Source: Promethearchaeota archaeon (GTDB lineage: Archaea; Asgardarchaeota; Lokiarchaeia; Sigyniarchaeales; SOKP01). Taken from it: a stretch of 31,318 bases of DNA. Shown here one piece after another: positions 26,324 to 31,318 of this stretch; position 1 is the first letter of the stretch; each line of letters begins with the position of its first letter. The DNA lies in assembly GCA_048938855.1 (NCBI GenBank), contig JBHLLT010000031.1:1-31318 (forward strand). Reading direction: 5' to 3'. Made by a program: the position numbers and the translations under genes. The notes beneath the pieces were generated by a model that worked only from the letters and a program-made list of their open reading frames with translations, searched no databases and had not been told where the DNA came from.

Positions 26324-26752
26324 TTAAAATATATCCATAGGTATTGCTTTTTCAATTTTACTATCTATTTCATCAGTTGGTTTTTTGATACATCCTATTT
26401 TAATCATAGCATCGACTCCCGTTGGGCTTAAAATCTTTGTAATATCATTACAAATTTTTGAAGGCCCATTTTTTGTTGAGCCTGTGGCAAAAGCAATGAG
26501 TTTTTTTCCTATTAGGTTAAAGTTTGTAATTTTTAACAAAAATTCTCGGAATTCTTTCGCTATATTATAATAATGTGTAGGTGAACCTAAACCTATAATA
26601 TTAAAATCTTTAATTGAATCGACGTTCTTAAAATCTATATCTTGATACATCTCAACAGTTATATTCAGAGATTTTAGCCTTTTTACAATTTTTTCAGCTA
26701 ATAATTTAGTATTTCCAGAACGCGTATGATATATTATAACGGCTTTTGACAT
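26324..26752 (-). CDS. Flavodoxin family protein
   Basis: IYHTRSGNTKLLA, IGLGSPTHY, AFATG. Confidence 0.85.
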   Translation of the reverse strand: MSKAVIIYHTRSGNTKLLAEKIVKRLKSLNITVEMYQDIDFKNVDSIKDFNIIGLGSPTHYYNIAKEFREFLLKITNFNLIGKKLIAFATGSTKNGPSKICNDITKILSPTGVDAMIKIGCIKKPTDEIDSKIEKAIPMDIF

Positions 26753-26960
26753 AATGAACTCTCCTCTTTGGAATTGTGTAAGAATTCTGTTTTTCTTCTT
26801 TAAAAAAAATTTCCTATTTTAATTTTATTAACTGTGATTTTCAGAAAAATCTAAATACCTCAATATTAATCAAATGAGAAAAGGTGTTAACTTTTGAAAA
26901 ATAACTGAAATGTTTTTTTTACAATTTTCTTTTGATGAATTAAAACAAATAATTTATCTC

Positions 26961-27914
26961 ATGGATATATTTACTCATGCAGTTGTTGGAGCTTTATTGT
27001 ATATACTCTTTTTAAGAGATGTAACTTTTGATTATCTTCCTATAGCTATTTTTTTTGCAGTTTTACCAGATTTAGATATTTTTTTAATTCCATTAAGAAG
27101 AATATTTAAATCAAAATATCTTGATCATCGTGGAGGTTCTCACTCATATGTTATGGGTATAATGGTATCTGCGTTTTTAAGTATTTTTTACTCAATTTTT
27201 AGATCTAAATCATTTTTTATAACATGGATAATAGGAACAGTGTTTTATGGACTGCATGTATCCATGGATCTACTTACGACTACAAAAATACCGTACTTAT
27301 ATCCGCTTTCTAAAAAGGAACATTGCTTTTATGTTGAAAAGGCAGGTAGTTTTTTCACCATGGTAAACTCCATATTTTTAATCCTTCTTTTAGTACTATT
27401 GTTTAATTTTTCTGCTGATTTAGCCCTAATTCGATTTGTCCTTAATCTTTATACTGCCTTTTTTATTATATATTACTTTTATCGAATTGTGTCGAAAGTT
27501 TGGTTCTCTTCAAACCTCAAAGATAATCAAAAATACTTTCCCAGTATTTCACCATTCTCCTTTGTTATTTATAATCAAAACATAACTGAAAATAATATAT
27601 TATTAAAATTAGAGAAAAAAAATCATTTTTTAAAGCCTAAGGAGATAAGCAATATCGATTTTACTCTGAACCACGAGGAAATGATTCTTTTCGAAAAAAG
27701 TATGGAATTGTTAAAGAAAAATTACTATTACGCAAAATGGACTTTATTTCCAATAATTATTAGGAATAATGACGTTTTTTGTGTGAGGTTTTACTTCTTA
27801 GAAACGATGAGGCGCAAAAGTGCTTTTTATATTCAGTATCATTTTGGTATGTTAACTCACCAATTAATTAGCTATAAGCGTGGTTCTGGCCCTATTCAAT
27901 CCCAATATGGCTAA
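26961..27914 (+). CDS. Membrane-bound metal-dependent hydrolase (YdjM-like)
   Basis: MDIFTH (family-typical start, so ATG 26961 is preferred to 26910), LPDLD, HRGGSHS, LHVSMDLLT, LYPLS. Confidence 0.88.
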   Translation: MDIFTHAVVGALLYILFLRDVTFDYLPIAIFFAVLPDLDIFLIPLRRIFKSKYLDHRGGSHSYVMGIMVSAFLSIFYSIFRSKSFFITWIIGTVFYGLHVSMDLLTTTKIPYLYPLSKKEHCFYVEKAGSFFTMVNSIFLILLLVLLFNFSADLALIRFVLNLYTAFFIIYYFYRIVSKVWFSSNLKDNQKYFPSISPFSFVIYNQNITENNILLKLEKKNHFLKPKEISNIDFTLNHEEMILFEKSMELLKKNYYYAKWTLFPIIIRNNDVFCVRFYFLETMRRKSAFYIQYHFGMLTHQLISYKRGSGPIQSQYG

Positions 27915-27918
27915 ATCC

Positions 27919-28290
27919 TTAATCTCCTGTTGGTTTAACAGTGCTTTTTTCTACTAATAAGACTGCCGTTCGAGAGGGAGCTCTCGTTCGATGCATCACA
28001 CCCATCGGAACTGTAAAGCCTTGATTCGGTTTGAGAAAGATAGTTTCTTCATTTAAATCAATTAAAAGGACACCCTCGAGAACAAAAAAAAACTCATCTT
28101 CGTTATCATGTTTATGCCAATGAAATTGTCCTTCGATGACTGCTAGCCGAATAACAGAATCATTAACCTCACAAAGAGACAAATTTTGCCATTTTTTTGT
28201 ACAGCTAGCTATTAATGTTGAAGTATCAATAACTTCCAATGGTTTAAATTTAATATCAGGATCAATCGAATATTTATTATAATCACTCAT
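27919..28290 (-). CDS. Cupin domain protein
   Basis: GQFHWHKHDNEDEFFFVLEG and VPMGVMHRT cupin motifs 1 and 2. Confidence 0.92.
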   Translation of the reverse strand: MSDYNKYSIDPDIKFKPLEVIDTSTLIASCTKKWQNLSLCEVNDSVIRLAVIEGQFHWHKHDNEDEFFFVLEGVLLIDLNEETIFLKPNQGFTVPMGVMHRTRAPSRTAVLLVEKSTVKPTGD

Positions 28291-28339
28291 CTTTAATCTC
28301 CCTATAAAAGTAAGATAAAACTCATACTATATATTGCTT

Positions 28340-29431
28340 TTATGTTATTTCAAGACATTGAGCCAAACATCTTTTCACACAAGCATTACAATTAATACAC
28401 TTTTCAGGATTTATTAAGTCAACTTTCTTATCTCTTTCATTAAATAGATACAAATTTCTAGGGCATACTTCAATACATATTTTACATCCAATACATTTGT
28501 CTCTCTCGAGAGTAATTTGTCCATAAGGTTGTAATTTATATTCACCAAACAAAAACTTCATTTTTTTTTCCCCTTTCTTCCACTTTTTAGCGCCTAATTC
28601 ACTCTTATAAATTGGAGTTAATCCATGAAAATCTTCTGCCATAATTAATGAAATTAAAAGAGAAGATACTATATTCCAAATTAAATAGAAAATGTTAAAC
28701 ACAATAAATAGATTGAATAGAACAATGATGATAAGAACAACCCCTTCATAAATCCATACTTTTGATTTTCCCGTTTTAGTATGAAAACTAGGCAAAATTA
28801 GCATAGTGCCATAAATAATAGTAACTAAAATTAAAAGAGTATCTAAATAAAGGATAAGAGTTAAAATTGGCAAAAATATAGAAGAAATCCAATAGACTGC
28901 TGAAAGAAGAATTGTTAAAATAAAAAAATATAACGTCCCCATTTCTATTCTTTTAGTGATTGGAAATCTTATCATTCTCTGGGCTTTAGATTTAATATAT
29001 CCCTGTTCTATAAAGGAAGGGATATCTTTAGCATAAACGGGCCCAAATTTTACATCCCATCCGACTTTTTTTTTAATAATAATGGGATCTATTCCAGAAG
29101 CACTTAATTGAGGTAAGATTAAAGTTTTATGAGATACCAGATCATCTATTCCACTAGTTTTTACAATCGATAAAACAGAATCAGTGTGAAAATCGTCTCC
29201 ACACGCTCCACACCACACATTGATTCCTTTGGAAGGGGCAATTAACAAATAACAATCAAGGTTATTAATTGCCTTTAACACCCGCTTCACAGTTAAAATG
29301 AAATTACATGTTAGAAAAACTGGGCTTTCCCGTGTAGGATTTCCGACTTTTACTAATGTGGGTTCTACAGGAAAACCAGTCCATCTAAGGAAGTAACTTA
29401 AAAATAATTTAAAAGATTTTTTTACACTCAT
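28340..29431 (-). CDS. Fused HgcAB-like protein: corrinoid-binding (CdhD/HgcA-type) domain, TM helices and 2[4Fe-4S] ferredoxin
   Basis: GNPTRESPVFLTCNFILT, KGINVWCGACG cap helix, LILPQLSASG, VKFGPVYAKDIP; about 4-5 TM helices; CIGCKICIEVCP and CINCNACVKRC. Confidence 0.88.
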   Translation of the reverse strand: MSVKKSFKLFLSYFLRWTGFPVEPTLVKVGNPTRESPVFLTCNFILTVKRVLKAINNLDCYLLIAPSKGINVWCGACGDDFHTDSVLSIVKTSGIDDLVSHKTLILPQLSASGIDPIIIKKKVGWDVKFGPVYAKDIPSFIEQGYIKSKAQRMIRFPITKRIEMGTLYFFILTILLSAVYWISSIFLPILTLILYLDTLLILVTIIYGTMLILPSFHTKTGKSKVWIYEGVVLIIIVLFNLFIVFNIFYLIWNIVSSLLISLIMAEDFHGLTPIYKSELGAKKWKKGEKKMKFLFGEYKLQPYGQITLERDKCIGCKICIEVCPRNLYLFNERDKKVDLINPEKCINCNACVKRCLAQCLEIT

Positions 29432-29460
29432 GGTCCAATCATCTAACTTAATTTGTAATA

Positions 29461-30120
29461 TTAGATCATTTTTTTCAATCGAAATAACTTTAATGTATCC
29501 AATAAATAATACTTTTCTTCAATTAAAGAGAAATTATGATCTTCAAGTCTTTGTTCAATATTTTTTAAATAATTAGTAGTTAATTGTGATTTAAAATATG
29601 TAATAATTACTAAGGGAATTTTGATAAAAAAATATACCACTTTCTTCCAAAATTTCTTAGGTTTTACCTCATCAATTAAAATAAATTCTCCATCGTCAGT
29701 TAATATTCTATTAATTTGGTCCAAGCAATAATTTTGTTCATTTTGATAAAATTCACTAAACGATAAAATAGCCGTTATTTTATTAAAAGATTTATCAGAA
29801 AATTTCTCATCTAATTCAATAACTGGCATTTTAATAATTTCAATATTCTCAGTTAATCCTTGCTGTTTAATATTATGACTTGCTACTTCAAGCATTTTTT
29901 CTGAATTATCAATACCCGTAACTCTTGCTCCTTTTTGTGCACATAAAATTGCTAAAGTTCCAGTTCCCATACCAATATCTAAAATCTTCTCATCCTTTTT
30001 CACTAAATTATCAGCAATATGATTTTTTATTTTTGATAACCTCCCTAATGTTAAAATCTCAATTCCTTTATCATATTTTTCTGCTTTTTTTTCTAACGCT
30101 TTCATATAAACATATGACAT
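29461..30120 (-). CDS. Class I SAM-dependent methyltransferase, probably corrinoid protein-associated (CpaM-like)
   Basis: ILDIGMGTG, VTGIDNSEKML. The N-terminal SYVYMKALE...YDKGI..L.LG and position next to an HgcAB-like gene match my recollection of the CpaM family. Confidence 0.8.
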   Translation of the reverse strand: MSYVYMKALEKKAEKYDKGIEILTLGRLSKIKNHIADNLVKKDEKILDIGMGTGTLAILCAQKGARVTGIDNSEKMLEVASHNIKQQGLTENIEIIKMPVIELDEKFSDKSFNKITAILSFSEFYQNEQNYCLDQINRILTDDGEFILIDEVKPKKFWKKVVYFFIKIPLVIITYFKSQLTTNYLKNIEQRLEDHNFSLIEEKYYLLDTLKLFRLKKMI

Positions 30121-30458
30121 GTGTGTGAAAGAGCCTCGATTTAATTTTTATAATGATTTCAAGAGAATTTTATATATCTATAATTATTAAAAATTTGTGT
30201 TTAAAATAATATAAATTTTTTTAAATAATCCAAAATTATATTATGTTGAAAAATAAATAATCGAAATTCAATTTGGGATGTGGAAAAATATCTTTGCTGG
30301 CTTAGAAGAATTGTTTTTGACTATATCAAAAGACAAGAAAATTCCGAACTATTTCATTCCACTTATAACAAATTTATCTTTATAATAAAGAGAAAAGCAG
30401 TAAAATTTTATTCTTTTTTCTATAGATATTAAAAATTTATACAGTCCTTCTGCTAATA

Positions 30459-30767
30459 AAATTTAAGGAAATAAAGGAATCTTCTGCGTCTAAGCTAATT
30501 AAAAGAGCAGAAGCTCTAGTCCCGGATTTAAGCAATCACATTTTAGCCCTTGACATTGCCACACCAATTACAATGTACCGATATACACTAAACCATCAAA
30601 GAGCGGCAGTAGGATGGTATTATACATAAATTAAATCATGGAAGTAAAAGGTTCCCTTTACAAGAGGACTATTTCTAGCGAGACACTGGACTGGTCCTTC
30701 AGGCATTCCAACAGTAATACAATCTGGCAAAAACGCAGTAGAATTAATATTAACACATGAAAATTAA
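30459..30767 (+). pseudogene. Decayed C-terminal fragment of a phytoene desaturase/CrtI-like FAD oxidoreductase
   Basis: One frame reads KFKEIKESSASKLIKRAEALVPDLSNHILALDIATPITMYRYTLNHQRAAVGWYYT*IKSWK*KVPFTRGLFLARHWTGPSGIPTVIQSGKNAVELILTHEN*; in-frame TAA at 30627 and 30645; no N-terminal part. Confidence 0.8.
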
Positions 30768-30779
30768 ATATCGTATTTC

Positions 30780-31318
30780 TTAATTATTAATAGCTTTACT
30801 TAACTGCTTAATACTATTGTTAATATACTTCTCAATTTCTTCTTCAGTATGAGGTGGCGTTAAACAGTGCAATTGAAAATGGATTTTCTTATCTATAGTA
30901 AATACAGGAACAAAAATTGCCTCATAAGTTGGTGAAACTCCTCCATATAGCATTTTAATTGTGAATCCTTTAGATGCGATGAATTCATTGAATTTATCTA
31001 GTGAGCCAAGATTGGTAATCCATATGCGATTACTATGTTCTGTTTCTAACGACATCACCTCAGCGAATAACTCAAATGGAACTGCTCTCGTAATTAGCTT
31101 AAAAGTTTTAAATACTTCATCACTATGTAACCCCTTTACTAATTTCTCTTGATATTCACGAGCAATGTCCCAAAAGGAGGATTTGTTTTTATATTTTACC
31201 TTAACCTCTATTCTTCCTGCATATACTCCTACTGATTCTCCAACGGGATACGCTAATTTCTTTCTTAAATCAACCGGATTATAAATAGCTGGAAAATCTG
31301 GGAGAAACATGGTGCATA
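30780..31318 (-). CDS. C-terminal part of a CoA-dependent acyltransferase (condensation/PapA5/alcohol acetyltransferase-like), truncated by the window edge
   Basis: PVDLRKKL, FWDIAREY and IWITNLGSL are typical of this fold; frame open to the window end; catalytic HxxxD not visible. Confidence 0.65.
   Translation of the reverse strand, partial: CTMFLPDFPAIYNPVDLRKKLAYPVGESVGVYAGRIEVKVKYKNKSSFWDIAREYQEKLVKGLHSDEVFKTFKLITRAVPFELFAEVMSLETEHSNRIWITNLGSLDKFNEFIASKGFTIKMLYGGVSPTYEAIFVPVFTIDKKIHFQLHCLTPPHTEEEIEKYINNSIKQLSKAINN

Noticed and set aside
28340-29431. Calling the gene hgcA/hgcB (bona fide mercury methylation)
   Set aside because: Fused architecture, non-canonical cap helix and no terminal Cys pair; no symbol assigned.
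30278-30385. 35-codon ORF MWKNIFAGLEELF...
   Set aside because: Short, no recognisable motif or start signal; at best another decayed fragment.
30627-30647. Stop-codon recoding (Sec/Pyl) in the oxidoreductase fragment
   Set aside because: Both stops are TAA, and the fragment shows other decay and lacks its N-terminus.
2899-31152. Short antisense or alternate-frame ORFs (e.g. 2899-3093, 3286-3522, 3959-4245, 4790-4990, 8250-8435, 9160-9501, 9205-9486, 11478-12258, 13592-14207, 15561-15806, 16694-17795, 22917-23129, 24313-24543, 26385-26570, 29925-30128, 30961-31152)
   Set aside because: They overlap well-supported genes and carry no motifs; shadow ORFs.

Overview
AT-rich (roughly 30% GC by eye), gene-dense archaeal chromosome segment. 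It most likely comes from an Asgard archaeon (Lokiarchaeia-like); this is inferred from two stand-alone small GTPases, Zn-ribbon/roadblock and TPR/longin-like proteins, and an archaeal-type MoaA. Left to right it holds: a 7-deazaguanine locus (DUF166, queD, GNAT and an unusual SDR-QueC fusion); a Zn-ribbon/roadblock protein, a kinase-like protein and a coupled pair of coiled-coil/winged-helix proteins; a TetR-flavodoxin-CPBP operon with visible operators; and a tungsten uptake and cofactor cluster (mop, tupABC, moaC-moaA-moaD-moaE-moeA-moaB-moeA) with a ModE-type box. Next come an FTR1 iron permease with a DtxR-like palindrome, a MoxR AAA+/VWA pair whose junction looks like a -1 programmed frameshift, two small GTPases, a gamma-carbonic-anhydrase-family gene and a TPR/longin-like protein. 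The right end has a SAM methyltransferase (CpaM-like)/fused HgcAB-like corrinoid Fe-S protein/cupin operon, a decayed phytoene-desaturase-family fragment missed by the ORF track, and a partial acyltransferase. No rRNA, tRNA, CRISPR array or transposase was recognised. The best novelty candidates are the AAA-VWA frameshift junction, the CpaM/HgcAB-like operon with a variant cap helix, and the SDR-QueC fusion. All family calls come from motif recognition by eye; no database search was run.
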